A DNA stretch of 64,000 bases from an uncultured Pseudomonadales bacterium. Lineage in GTDB: Bacteria > Patescibacteriota > Microgenomatia > UBA1400 > MFAQ01. The stretch covers positions 19,689 through 83,688 of the forward strand of contig CAZMCB010000001.1 in the NCBI GenBank assembly GCA_964564895.1. Direction: 5' to 3'. Shown one piece after another: positions 9,316 to 19,246 of the stretch; within the stretch, counting starts at the first letter, position 1; each line of letters begins with the position of its first letter. A program made the translations under genes and the position numbers. The notes under the pieces were generated by a model. It had not been told where the DNA came from. It was given only the letters and a program-made list of their open reading frames with translations, and made no database searches.

Positions 9316-10365
9316 ATGAAAGTAAGAATTGTGTGCTACGAAGATGTTGACACTTGGATTTTGGGTAAATTTGCAAAAAAACTTAATGAAGAGTTAACTA
9401 AACTTGGTGTAGATTCTGATATCGCAAAAGTACCAAACGGAAATGCCGATATCAACCATCACATCATTTATTTTTCTTACGATTGTCATAAAAATTCAAT
9501 TGATACTCTCATGATTACGCACATCGACTCACCTTTTAAACTTAAAATATTAAAAAAACAACTCGAATCTGCCAAATTGGGAGTGTGTATGTCACTCGAC
9601 ACAATGCAAAAACTGATTGATTCTGGAATACCAAAAGAAAAATTATATTATATAAACCCTGCGCACGATGAGGTTATCAATCCTAGAAAAATTGTGATTG
9701 GTATCTTGAGCAAGGTTCATGAAGATGGAAGAAAACAAGAAAATATATTATTAAGATTATGCAAAAAAATAAATCCTGACGATTTTAGTTTTAAAGTAAT
9801 GGGCTCTGGTTGGAATGAGATTGTAAATAAACTTAAGAGGATGGGGTTTAAGGTTGATTATTTCGAGAACTTTAACTATGACAGATACGTTGAGCTAGTT
9901 CCCACTCTCGATTATTTCTTTTACTTTAGTTTTGACGAAGGGTCGATGGCGTTCATGGATGCATTGTCTGCTGGAGTTCCCACCATCGTTACACCACAAG
10001 GATACCATTTAGATGCTATTGGAGGAATAAGTTATCCCGTCAGAACATTCGATGACATAGTTAAAACGTTCAATGATATTTCCAATAAACGCAAAGTTTT
10101 GGTAGACTCTGTTTCAAAATGGACATGGAAAAATTATGCAAAAGAACATATTCTTTTATGGGATCAATTATTATCAAACAAAAATATTGATATTCTATTG
10201 AAAAATAAGCTATTAAAAAGAAAATCTAATCCCCACAAACCAGAAAAACTTTTTAGTTATCTAAATATATTTAACAATATGTATACGATTAAAACAGCCA
10301 TTTTATATCTAACACCAAATTTTTTAAAAAATATTTGTAAGAATATATTTTCTAAAATATCATGA
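9316..10365 (+). CDS. Divergent GT-B-fold (GT4-like) glycosyltransferase
   Basis: FSFDEGSMAFMDALSAGVPTIVTP aligns with the GT4 EX7E motif ([21 protein letters not shown]), with D in place of the second E. Otherwise no recognisable motif. Confidence 0.4.
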   Translation: MKVRIVCYEDVDTWILGKFAKKLNEELTKLGVDSDIAKVPNGNADINHHIIYFSYDCHKNSIDTLMITHIDSPFKLKILKKQLESAKLGVCMSLDTMQKLIDSGIPKEKLYYINPAHDEVINPRKIVIGILSKVHEDGRKQENILLRLCKKINPDDFSFKVMGSGWNEIVNKLKRMGFKVDYFENFNYDRYVELVPTLDYFFYFSFDEGSMAFMDALSAGVPTIVTPQGYHLDAIGGISYPVRTFDDIVKTFNDISNKRKVLVDSVSKWTWKNYAKEHILLWDQLLSNKNIDILLKNKLLKRKSNPHKPEKLFSYLNIFNNMYTIKTAILYLTPNFLKNICKNIFSKIS

Positions 10366-11132
10366 ATATTTATAAGGACTATGCAGAGTATTACGACCTT
10401 CTATATGCGGATAAAGATTATTTAAAAGAAGCATGTTTTGTCAGCAAAGTATTGTCCAAATACTCAAAGGGGAAAGGGACAATTTTGGAACTTGGTTGCG
10501 GTACTGGGATCCACGCGACCGAGTTAGTTAAAAGAGGATTTCTTGTGGACGGAATTGATTCTAGTAAGGTCATGTTGGAGAGTGCAAAAAACAGGTTCGA
10601 TTACCTACCAACTGATTTGAAAAAAAACCTTTCTTTTTCTTATGGGGATATTCGAAAATATCGAAACAAAAAAAAATATGACTCAGTTGTTTCTCTATTT
10701 CATGTGACTAGCTACATGACTACTAACAAACATTTGAACGCAATGTTTGATACGGCAAATTTTCATCTCAATAAAAACGGAATATTTATGTTCGATTGTT
10801 GGTATGGTCCTGCAGTTCTCACCATTAGACCGAAAAAGAAAAATAAAATAATTGAAAATGAAAAAATTAAAATTGTCAGAACTGCTATACCAGAAATGCG
10901 TCCCAATGAAAACATTGTGGATGTAAATTATGATATTAATTTTATTGATAAACATACTAAAACAATTAATAAGATAAAAGAAATTCATTCTGTAAGATAC
11001 TTCTTTATGCCAGAAATTATCGAAGTATTAAAATTTAACAATTTCGATCTCATAGACGCCTGTGAACTAATTTCTAAAAAAAAACCAGGCTTTGAAACCT
11101 GGGGGGTCTGTTTTATAGCAAAAAAATCATGA
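10362..11132 (+). CDS. Class I SAM-dependent methyltransferase
   Basis: ILELGCGTGIHATELVKRGFLVDGIDSS contains the SAM motif I and an acidic post-I residue. Confidence 0.7.
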   Translation: MNIYKDYAEYYDLLYADKDYLKEACFVSKVLSKYSKGKGTILELGCGTGIHATELVKRGFLVDGIDSSKVMLESAKNRFDYLPTDLKKNLSFSYGDIRKYRNKKKYDSVVSLFHVTSYMTTNKHLNAMFDTANFHLNKNGIFMFDCWYGPAVLTIRPKKKNKIIENEKIKIVRTAIPEMRPNENIVDVNYDINFIDKHTKTINKIKEIHSVRYFFMPEIIEVLKFNNFDLIDACELISKKKPGFETWGVCFIAKKS

Positions 11133-11875
11133 TTAATGTAAAAAAATTTCTAGGTATTATTTCCGAAATTATAAATAAATTTCACGGTGAATCAAATAAA
11201 AAACCCCTCCATTATTTCAAAAACCCAATAAATAGATATATTAAGAAACCCATAACAGTATTTACGAGCATTACAGGAGACATGGATAAACTAATTGACG
11301 ACCAGGTGACTGAAGGAGCAAATTTTATTGCTTTTACTGACCAAAAAAGTAAAACATGGAAGACGTTTAAGCCTTACGATAAATTTAAAGACTATCGAAG
11401 GAATTCTAGAATCTATAAAATTATTCCTCATTTGTTTTTCGATACTGAATATTCGATTTGGATTGATGGAAATGTAAGACTAAAAGTACCAGCCCAAGAA
11501 GTGATTAATAAATTTCTACAACAAAAAGATATTGCTGTCTGGAAGCATCTTAATAGAGATTGTATATACGACGAAGCAGAGGCTTGTTTAATACAAGGAA
11601 AAGATACTCCAGAGGCACTTAATGAACAAATAAGTGAGTATAAAAAACGGGGTATCCCTGCACATGGTGGTTTGTACGCGGCGACAATAATTATTAGGAG
11701 ACACACAAAGAGGATTGGTGAATTAAATGAGAGGTGGTGGGCAGAATATACTAGGTATTCTCAAAGAGATCAAATAAGTTTTCCCGTTGCATTTCCTGCC
11801 GAAGAAATATGTTGTATTCCAGATGGAACAATGTGGAATAATAAATATTTTGAAAGAGTTAATCATAAAAAGTAG
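11129..11875 (+). CDS. DUF616 (TOD1/MUCI70-like) putative glycosyltransferase
   Basis: YKIIPHLFFDTEYSIWIDGNV and SQRDQISF match conserved blocks of the DUF616 family that I recall from plant TOD1 and bacterial capsule-locus proteins. Confidence 0.5.
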   Translation: MINVKKFLGIISEIINKFHGESNKKPLHYFKNPINRYIKKPITVFTSITGDMDKLIDDQVTEGANFIAFTDQKSKTWKTFKPYDKFKDYRRNSRIYKIIPHLFFDTEYSIWIDGNVRLKVPAQEVINKFLQQKDIAVWKHLNRDCIYDEAEACLIQGKDTPEALNEQISEYKKRGIPAHGGLYAATIIIRRHTKRIGELNERWWAEYTRYSQRDQISFPVAFPAEEICCIPDGTMWNNKYFERVNHKK

Positions 11876-11889
11876 TTATAATCCAATAA

Positions 11890-12462
11890 ATGAATAAGAA
11901 AAAACGCAAATATATAAATCTTGATATTGGCTGTGGTCAAAATAAAAAACTCGGGTTCAAAGGCTTAGATAAAATGAAAATGATTAATGTTGATATTGTT
12001 TGCGACCTTGAAAAAGAAAAAATACCACTTGAAGACTGTTCAGTTCAAGAAATTTATTCAATGCATTTTTTAGAACATACAAATAATTTGATCCAAGTCA
12101 TGGATGAAATATGGAGAGTCTCAACTAATGGAGCAAGGATTGTTTTAGCAGTACCATATTATAATTCTATTGGAGCATTTCGAGATCCCACACACAAAAG
12201 GTTTTTTACATACAATACTTTTGATTATTTTACAGATACAGTCGTGTTCCCTTCTTATTACACAAAAGCAAAATTTATCATAACAAAAAAGAGAATATTG
12301 TTTTATCCAGCAAATTCAAACATTAGAGGTATCATTCCAAAAATATTCAAATTACCTTTTCAGCTATTTGTAAATATATTTCCCAATCTTTACGAAAATT
12401 CTTTTTTGAAAATATTCCCTGCTAATGATTTATATGTTGAATTGAAAACAATTAAATTATGA
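11890..12462 (+). CDS. Small class I SAM-dependent methyltransferase
   Basis: LDIGCGQNKKLGF..D.. is the motif I. It is about 190 aa and lies in a sugar-modification context. Confidence 0.6.
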   Translation: MNKKKRKYINLDIGCGQNKKLGFKGLDKMKMINVDIVCDLEKEKIPLEDCSVQEIYSMHFLEHTNNLIQVMDEIWRVSTNGARIVLAVPYYNSIGAFRDPTHKRFFTYNTFDYFTDTVVFPSYYTKAKFIITKKRILFYPANSNIRGIIPKIFKLPFQLFVNIFPNLYENSFLKIFPANDLYVELKTIKL

Positions 12463-13277
12463 ACGAAGATTTCGTTAGCATATTAATTGTTTCATATAAT
12501 GCAGAGAGATATATACACAAGACAATTGAGAGTTGTCTAAATCAAACATATAAAAATATTGAGGTATTACTCCTTGATAATAACTCAAAAGATAAAACTG
12601 TAGAAATTTCAAGAAAAATTCAAAGAGAAGACAACAGATTAAAAATCTTCGTCGGTAAAACAAATTTAGGACCATACAATGGATTAAACTTTCTTTTGGA
12701 TAAGGCACAAGGAAAATACATAGCCATTCAAGACCACGACGATATCTGGTATCCAGAAAAGATTATGAAACAGATAAATTTTTTAAAAAAAAATAATAAG
12801 TATATTGCTTGTGGAACTAATACCTATTATTATTACGAGTCAAAAAAAATAATGGTTTTAAATAGCTACTCACTGGTTACAAATTTTGTTGACCATACGT
12901 CACTTGTGTTTAGAAACAAGATGTTTAGATATAACACAAATTTTTTATTAGCTGACGAACATTTTGAAAAAAAGATATTGGCCTACGCGGGGAAAATTGG
13001 TTGCATTCAAACAACTCTTACTATTCACAGGATTAAGGAAGATGGAACAAATTTGTCTTCTTATAGATTTAGGATCAACTTAAAAAATATTATGGAATAT
13101 TTCTTTATTAATGGCTTTAATATATCTAGTATAAATAATTTGTTATTTATGATGTTTATAAAAATTGTCCCAGAAAGCATAATTTGGAAGATGAAAAATG
13201 TGATTGCCTCAACAAAAGGAACAAGTATTAGTTTGTCAGATTTTGTATCAAAAAATCCAAAAATTGATTTTATCTAA
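12459..13277 (+). CDS. GT2 family glycosyltransferase
   Basis: ILIVSYNAERYIHKTIESCLNQTY...LLLDNNSKD is a GT-A N-terminal signature. It carries a DxD (DHDD). Confidence 0.75.
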   Translation: MNEDFVSILIVSYNAERYIHKTIESCLNQTYKNIEVLLLDNNSKDKTVEISRKIQREDNRLKIFVGKTNLGPYNGLNFLLDKAQGKYIAIQDHDDIWYPEKIMKQINFLKKNNKYIACGTNTYYYYESKKIMVLNSYSLVTNFVDHTSLVFRNKMFRYNTNFLLADEHFEKKILAYAGKIGCIQTTLTIHRIKEDGTNLSSYRFRINLKNIMEYFFINGFNISSINNLLFMMFIKIVPESIIWKMKNVIASTKGTSISLSDFVSKNPKIDFI

Positions 13278-13279
13278 GC

Positions 13280-14377
13280 TTAAAGTTCATCAATTTCCTT
13301 TGATAGAATTCTAGCAATATTATCCAGATCAAAATTAATATTTGCTTTCCGTTTAGCATTGTTTTCGACAAAACTTCTAAGTTTATGATTGGTAATTAGT
13401 CTAACAATATTATGAGAAAGTGCGTGTGAATTTTTAATCGGAACCAAAAGAGCGCTATTATCATTGAGAATATATATATTTTCCGGAATATTTGTGGCAA
13501 TTATCGGAAGCCCACAAGCCATTGCTTCCAAAATGGAATTACTCATTCCCTCAAATAATGTAGGAAGGACAAAAATATTTGATATCTTTAGTAGATAGGG
13601 AACATCATCTCTTTTTCCTAGAAAAATTATGTTATTTTTCGAATCGTAAAATTTTATTTGATTCTTAAGATTTTCTTTTTCTGAGCCATCCCCAACTAAT
13701 AATAGTTTTATATTCTTGTACTTTTTATAAACCTGCTCAAATGCTTCAAGAAGATATTTGTGACCTTTATTTATATGAAAATTTGCAACACAAATTATGA
13801 CTTTATCAGACTGTTTGATACCTAGCTTTGTTCTTAATTTGTAGTCTTTTGGAATACTATTATAATAATCAACATCGATACCGTTTGGAATAACGATAAT
13901 TTTGTTTTTCGATACTCCAATTTTGTGAACATAGAAATCTTTGACTGCTTCCGAGTTTGCAATATACTTATATACTAAACTCTTAGTAATTGTTTCAAAA
14001 AGCCTTGCTTGCCAATAGTTTTTGTGATTGTATGTAGTTCTTAAAAATGGTATTACTTTGCAATTAATAAATGATTGTACATACAGCCTCCCAATTAGAT
14101 CAGCGTGAAATAAATAAGTAATTATCAAGCTTGGGCTTATTTCTTTTAACTTTAGTTTTAATCGACGATATGAGAATAAATCAACCAGACTCTTCTGATT
14201 GATATTAATAACTCTGATACCTTTTTTTTCAAATTTATCAGCCAGACCCCCTCTTCTGTTTAGAGTGACTATTATGTGATTGAATTTCTTCATAAGAGGC
14301 AGAGTTCGAAGAAGCATATTTTCACAGCCACCACTGTCTAGTGATTGAATTAAGTGGACAATTGTTTTTTTAGACAT
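13280..14377 (-). CDS. GT4 family glycosyltransferase (GT-B fold)
   Basis: EGMSNSILEAMACGLPIIATN is an EX7E motif. Start taken at the internal Met (MSKKTIVHL) at 14377, which avoids a 47-nt overlap with the upstream methyltransferase. Confidence 0.8.
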   Translation of the reverse strand: MSKKTIVHLIQSLDSGGCENMLLRTLPLMKKFNHIIVTLNRRGGLADKFEKKGIRVININQKSLVDLFSYRRLKLKLKEISPSLIITYLFHADLIGRLYVQSFINCKVIPFLRTTYNHKNYWQARLFETITKSLVYKYIANSEAVKDFYVHKIGVSKNKIIVIPNGIDVDYYNSIPKDYKLRTKLGIKQSDKVIICVANFHINKGHKYLLEAFEQVYKKYKNIKLLLVGDGSEKENLKNQIKFYDSKNNIIFLGKRDDVPYLLKISNIFVLPTLFEGMSNSILEAMACGLPIIATNIPENIYILNDNSALLVPIKNSHALSHNIVRLITNHKLRSFVENNAKRKANINFDLDNIARILSKEIDEL

Positions 14378-15440
14378 GTGTTCCAATACAAGTAATACCT
14401 GCCTCAGGATGTTCAAATGATTTTATATTATTGAGTTTTGCTTCTTTGAACCATTTTTCTATTTCTTCTGAATAATAGTAATTACTCTTTGGAGTTGCTA
14501 ATACATCAAAGGCATCATTTAGCTTCATGTTGAAAGAAAAATTTTCATAATAGAAAAAGGGCATCTTTTTCAACTTTAGTGACTTACAAAATATGTTCCA
14601 TAAGTGAACTATTGTTGCCGGGATGTAGCAAAGTTTGTATAAGATCGGTTTGGGAATTAATCGACTGATAACTCTAAGTGGCTCATACAAATATATGGCT
14701 CTATTATTGTTTCGACGACTGTAGACCCAGATTAACATTTTTCCATTTTTCTTTAAAACTTTGATGAGTTTTTTGAAACCCTCCTTCGGTTCTGGGATAT
14801 GATGTAATACTCCAATACTGTAGGCAATATCTATCTCGTCTTTAAGTGGTAAAGCATAAATATCCGCTTGGACAATAGCAACATTCACGTATGATTTCGT
14901 CATCTCGTAGGCGACCTCGACACTATCCCCAAGATCAACTCCAAACGCCACCTTGGCCCCTCCTAGGGCCGCCCATTTTGTAAATCTACCAGAACCACAA
15001 CCGATATCCAATGTTACCTTTCCTTTAAAATCGTTTTGTTTAATAAATGGCGATAAAAAGTGGTAGAAATTGTTTTTCTCAAAAGTGTTCTCTTTGTATA
15101 TATTTGTCCACTCGTACGCAAAACTATCGGCAGTTTTCCGCTGATGTTTTTCAAATGAGGATTTTTGTTTTGTATCCTTTACAACACGTTTCCATTCACT
15201 CACAATATTAGGAGGAAGAATGTTTTTGTATTTATTTAAAAATGAATATTTTCTCTGAAGAATGTCGATTTTTTCTTGACCAGTCAGCATTCTAGGAATA
15301 CCTCCAATAACTGGGTACCAAGAACTTTTTCCAAGCAAAACCCCATCAACAACTTCGTCTTCATCTCTATTAAATACTTTAAGTATTAGTTCTTTGTTTT
15401 CTGTTGGATCTGATAGATATTTGAAATACGATAGTTTCAT
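14370..15440 (-). CDS. SAM-dependent methyltransferase with an N-terminal Trm112-like domain
   Basis: An N-terminal YPVIGGIPRML Trm112/DUF343-like segment is followed by LDIGCGSGRFTKWAALGGAKVAFGVD (motif I). Confidence 0.65.
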   Translation of the reverse strand: MKLSYFKYLSDPTENKELILKVFNRDEDEVVDGVLLGKSSWYPVIGGIPRMLTGQEKIDILQRKYSFLNKYKNILPPNIVSEWKRVVKDTKQKSSFEKHQRKTADSFAYEWTNIYKENTFEKNNFYHFLSPFIKQNDFKGKVTLDIGCGSGRFTKWAALGGAKVAFGVDLGDSVEVAYEMTKSYVNVAIVQADIYALPLKDEIDIAYSIGVLHHIPEPKEGFKKLIKVLKKNGKMLIWVYSRRNNNRAIYLYEPLRVISRLIPKPILYKLCYIPATIVHLWNIFCKSLKLKKMPFFYYENFSFNMKLNDAFDVLATPKSNYYYSEEIEKWFKEAKLNNIKSFEHPEAGITCIGTHV

Positions 15441-17329
15441 GAAAAATATTCTCTAAACCATAATTCTAATGTTAGAAGTGCCCAAATTCTGGAAGAATAA
15501 TTGGTGTTTGTATTCTGATGTTCTTTAAGCATCCACTTAATATACTCTTTACTGAACATCCCTCTGGATATTGCTTTGTCTGAAAGCAAAATATCTTCAG
15601 TATATTTTGCAAGGTCGTTTTTGAACCATGTTTCAATTGGAATTCCAAAACCCATCTTTGGTCTAAACATTACCTCATCTGGAACTAATCCTCGGAGAGC
15701 TTCTTTAAGAATATATTTTTTGTTGTTTAATCCTTTTAACTTCAAACCAAACGGAATTTTAGCTGTTAATTCTAGAAACTCATTGTCGAGAAATGGTGAT
15801 CGACCTTCTAGAGAAGCGGCCATACTGGCAATATCCACTTTTACCATCAAATCGTCTGGTAAATAACTATTAAAATCAGCGAAAAGCGTTTGGTCTAACT
15901 TATTATCTGTTCCTGATTCATTAAACTTATCGGCAATAATTTTGTAGCTATTATTCTTTCCTATTTTTTCTTTGAATTCATCTGTATAAAGTTTTTCCTT
16001 TGAGTCGTTGTCAAAATAACAGATATAGTTCATGTATCTTTCTCGATAATCTTGATTTATGGATTTTGAAAATCGATTGACTCTATCAAAAAATGTTGAC
16101 TTAATTGATCTATTAACGTAATCTGTTATGGGAATAGCCATCTTGTTGATTAATTTAAATTTGTCATACCAGAGAGCAAATTTTTGAACACTGTATCTTC
16201 CATAGCCAGCAAAATTTTCATCTCCCCCATCTCCGTTTAGCGCCACTGTAACATGCTCCTTTGTAAGTTTGCTTAGATAATATGTGGCTAATCCACTGCT
16301 ATCAGCATAAGGCTCCTCGTATTGCCGTACTAACCAAGGAAGAATTTCTATCGTTTCTGGTTTGACTACAAATTCGGTATGATCGGTATTAAATTTGTCG
16401 GCAACAATCCTGGCATATTTTGATTCATCAAATTTCTTTTCTTGAAATGAGATTGTAAAAGTTTTAACTTTATTAACTGAATTCTTACTCATCAAAGCGA
16501 CGACAGCACTTGAATCAATACCGCCTGATAAAAATGCACCAACAGGAACATCTGAAGCTAACATGCGAATCTTTACAGATTCATCCAATTTATCCAAAAC
16601 CCTCTTCTTCCAATCAACCTCACTTAAATCTAGCTTTTCTGAGTAATCTAGTTTCCAGTATCTTTTGTTGATTAGTTTTTTTGTTTTTAGATCCAAATGT
16701 ATGAAATGAGCCGGTTCAAGTTTTTTAATATCTTTAAACCCTGTAAGAGGTGAAGGTACATATTGAAGAGTTAGGTAATGATGTATGGCAAGATAATCGG
16801 GTTCCTTTTTATACTCTTTTTGTGTGAGAATCGCCTTTAACTCCGAAGCAAACATAAACACATTGTCATCAATGTAATATTTGAATGGTTTCTTCCCCAC
16901 TCTATCTCTAGCACAAAATACTGTCTTTTCTTTTTCGTCATAGATGGCAAAAGAAAACATCCCTCTTAAATGATCGAGGCACTTAAAACCATATTTATCA
17001 TATAGTGCCATGATTACTTCTGTATCCGAGTGAGAGTCAAACTTATATCCTATCTTTAACAGTTTAGATTTTTCGTCTAAGTAATTATAAATTTCACCAT
17101 TGAATACTATCCAGTATCTTTTTAGATAATTCATTGGCTGGTGGCCTAATGGAGAAAGATCGATGATGGATAGCCTCCGATGACCTAGCCCTACTCTTCT
17201 ATCAGAAGAGATGTAAACACCATCGTCGTCAGGACCGCGATGTTTAATCGACTCTGACATCTGCTCAACTTGAGAAGCAGAGACTTCTTTGTCTTTTGCA
17301 AAATAGATTTTCCCAACAATTCCACACAT
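15437..17329 (-). CDS. Asparagine synthase (glutamine-hydrolysing) family amidotransferase, AsnB/WbpS-like
   Basis: MCGIVG is the N-terminal Ntn nucleophile. SGGIDSS is the PP-loop ATP pyrophosphatase motif. 630 aa. Confidence 0.9.
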   Translation of the reverse strand: MCGIVGKIYFAKDKEVSASQVEQMSESIKHRGPDDDGVYISSDRRVGLGHRRLSIIDLSPLGHQPMNYLKRYWIVFNGEIYNYLDEKSKLLKIGYKFDSHSDTEVIMALYDKYGFKCLDHLRGMFSFAIYDEKEKTVFCARDRVGKKPFKYYIDDNVFMFASELKAILTQKEYKKEPDYLAIHHYLTLQYVPSPLTGFKDIKKLEPAHFIHLDLKTKKLINKRYWKLDYSEKLDLSEVDWKKRVLDKLDESVKIRMLASDVPVGAFLSGGIDSSAVVALMSKNSVNKVKTFTISFQEKKFDESKYARIVADKFNTDHTEFVVKPETIEILPWLVRQYEEPYADSSGLATYYLSKLTKEHVTVALNGDGGDENFAGYGRYSVQKFALWYDKFKLINKMAIPITDYVNRSIKSTFFDRVNRFSKSINQDYRERYMNYICYFDNDSKEKLYTDEFKEKIGKNNSYKIIADKFNESGTDNKLDQTLFADFNSYLPDDLMVKVDIASMAASLEGRSPFLDNEFLELTAKIPFGLKLKGLNNKKYILKEALRGLVPDEVMFRPKMGFGIPIETWFKNDLAKYTEDILLSDKAISRGMFSKEYIKWMLKEHQNTNTNYSSRIWALLTLELWFREYFS

Positions 17330-17332
17330 AGA

Positions 17333-19246
17333 TTATCTTAACCTCCAAATCTTCACTCCACCATAATCATATTCAAGTGGATAAATATTAAACTTGTCAA
17401 GTTTGGCCCCGAAATAATTCACATCGCGCCACCACTCTCTCGTTGAGTATATTCCTTCAAATTTGTTTGATGAATACATTACATACGTAGGAGAGTGAAA
17501 AAATATTAAAGATGGGTAACAAATAGATTTGAATCTTTTAATTTTTGCTCTTGCATCGTTTACATATACAGAAAGACTCTCTACATTTCCATAAATAATG
17601 TCAAAATCTGATAATAAGCTTTTTACTTTGTTTATTTCTGATGCAACAATATCTGATTCACATATATTTACCTCATTTTGTTCGATAATATTTTCTGACA
17701 AAAAGAAATCCTTGTTTGGGGATATTAATTTTCTTTCTCCAAAAAACCATATTATTTGATTGTTTGCTTGCTGACTTATAAATATTGATTCTTTTGGGGT
17801 ATTTGTTTTTATCCACTCTGCTGCTTCCATTTCCTCTGGTGAAGTCAAGGATTTCTTACCCACTGCGACAACAAAACTACCATAAATTGAAATTATGATT
17901 AAAAATACAATAAAGATATTTGTTATTTCTGATAATTTAATTTTTTTTAAGAAATAGGCAGTAAAAAGCAAAATTATTACATCGAAAAACACCCAAGACC
18001 TTTCAGGCAGTATTCCAATATTCATTCTAGGAAGAATTTCCGATAATGAAAAAAATATAATTCCAGCAAAAAGTAATGACGTTTGAATTTTAGTGAGTTT
18101 ACGTATCTTTGTAAATGAAATTGAAAGTATAAGTATCCATCCGACTATGATTGGTGAAAGATAATAACCGTAATACATGGCTATCGATTTCCATCCTATC
18201 CATGCAACAAACATATTATCAGCAGAAAGATCCGTACTCAAAAACCACCACTTCCAGCTAAAGTTATTTATCAAATTACTAATGACTTTATTCACTAAGC
18301 CAATTGCGTAGCTTACAGAAAAAATATTGGAGTAAGCGATCCATCCCAATAGCAAAGCAACAAGACAAATCAAAAATATAATTAATTTGTCTTTTTTATC
18401 TCCATTAATCAAATATTTAATAATTATTTTTGCAACAGAAAACAAAACAATTAATACCAAAATTGCAAATAGTTCATGATACAAAAGTCCCACAATAGAA
18501 ATCCAAAAAATTACTATTAAATCACGAAGATTTTTTTTCGTAGAAAAATATGTATTTAGGAAATAAAACAGTATTGGCATAAGAATCAACAAAATACTTT
18601 GAGCCCTAGGTATATCAATTTCCATATTGATTACTGGCACTGCAAGGGTGCTAGCAAGAAGTAATCCTCGTAAGAATTTATCTTTATTATCTTTTGTAAA
18701 AAGATATACGGAAAAAAGTAAACTTGATTGGGCAATAATCAAAACTATTGGGAATAATACATATGGATCGACAGAAGAGACTACTGAAAAAATAGTCAAT
18801 GAGGCATTGAATAGTGGTCTGTAGCTAGAGACAATTGAACCGCTGATCAAATTTTCTCTGACACTGACGATATTACTGTAACTATCCCATTCCGGAATGG
18901 TGAAATATATTGAGTAAAAAACAAGATGTAAAGCAAGATAAGCAAGGAACCAAAAGAATATTCCTTTTATTTTTAATTTTCCAAATTCGAAGATTTTCTT
19001 TTTTGTTAGTAAACCTAAGCCCAGCCAGACAAATGTCAAAACTCCTATTACAGAATAATAATTAATATCAAGTTTGAGTAAATTTAAAATGTAAAAAAGA
19101 GGAGTGATGATAGTGAAGAAGGATACCAACCAAGACAGCCACCTTCCGGACAATCCATCTTCTCTTTTCCAAAACAATCGACCTATCATGTCGGTAGCAC
19201 CGATTAAAATTAGAAATCCTAATATACCTTTTAATATTTCTATCAT
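17333..19246 (-). CDS. Large polytopic membrane protein with a C-terminal extracytoplasmic domain, GT-C-like
   Basis: About 14 TM helices in the N-terminal 470 aa, then a ~170-aa hydrophilic tail. No named motif recognised. Confidence 0.4.
   Translation of the reverse strand: MIEILKGILGFLILIGATDMIGRLFWKREDGLSGRWLSWLVSFFTIITPLFYILNLLKLDINYYSVIGVLTFVWLGLGLLTKKKIFEFGKLKIKGIFFWFLAYLALHLVFYSIYFTIPEWDSYSNIVSVRENLISGSIVSSYRPLFNASLTIFSVVSSVDPYVLFPIVLIIAQSSLLFSVYLFTKDNKDKFLRGLLLASTLAVPVINMEIDIPRAQSILLILMPILFYFLNTYFSTKKNLRDLIVIFWISIVGLLYHELFAILVLIVLFSVAKIIIKYLINGDKKDKLIIFLICLVALLLGWIAYSNIFSVSYAIGLVNKVISNLINNFSWKWWFLSTDLSADNMFVAWIGWKSIAMYYGYYLSPIIVGWILILSISFTKIRKLTKIQTSLLFAGIIFFSLSEILPRMNIGILPERSWVFFDVIILLFTAYFLKKIKLSEITNIFIVFLIIISIYGSFVVAVGKKSLTSPEEMEAAEWIKTNTPKESIFISQQANNQIIWFFGERKLISPNKDFFLSENIIEQNEVNICESDIVASEINKVKSLLSDFDIIYGNVESLSVYVNDARAKIKRFKSICYPSLIFFHSPTYVMYSSNKFEGIYSTREWWRDVNYFGAKLDKFNIYPLEYDYGGVKIWRLR

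Noticed and set aside
12781-12800. Poly-A tract inside the GT2 gene at 12459-13277. I initially suspected a frameshift or phase-variation site.
   Set aside because: On careful re-reading the tract keeps the reading frame (FLKKNNKY) and the ORF is continuous. Homopolymer runs of 8-10 A/T are frequent throughout this AT-rich window, so it is not specifically suspicious.
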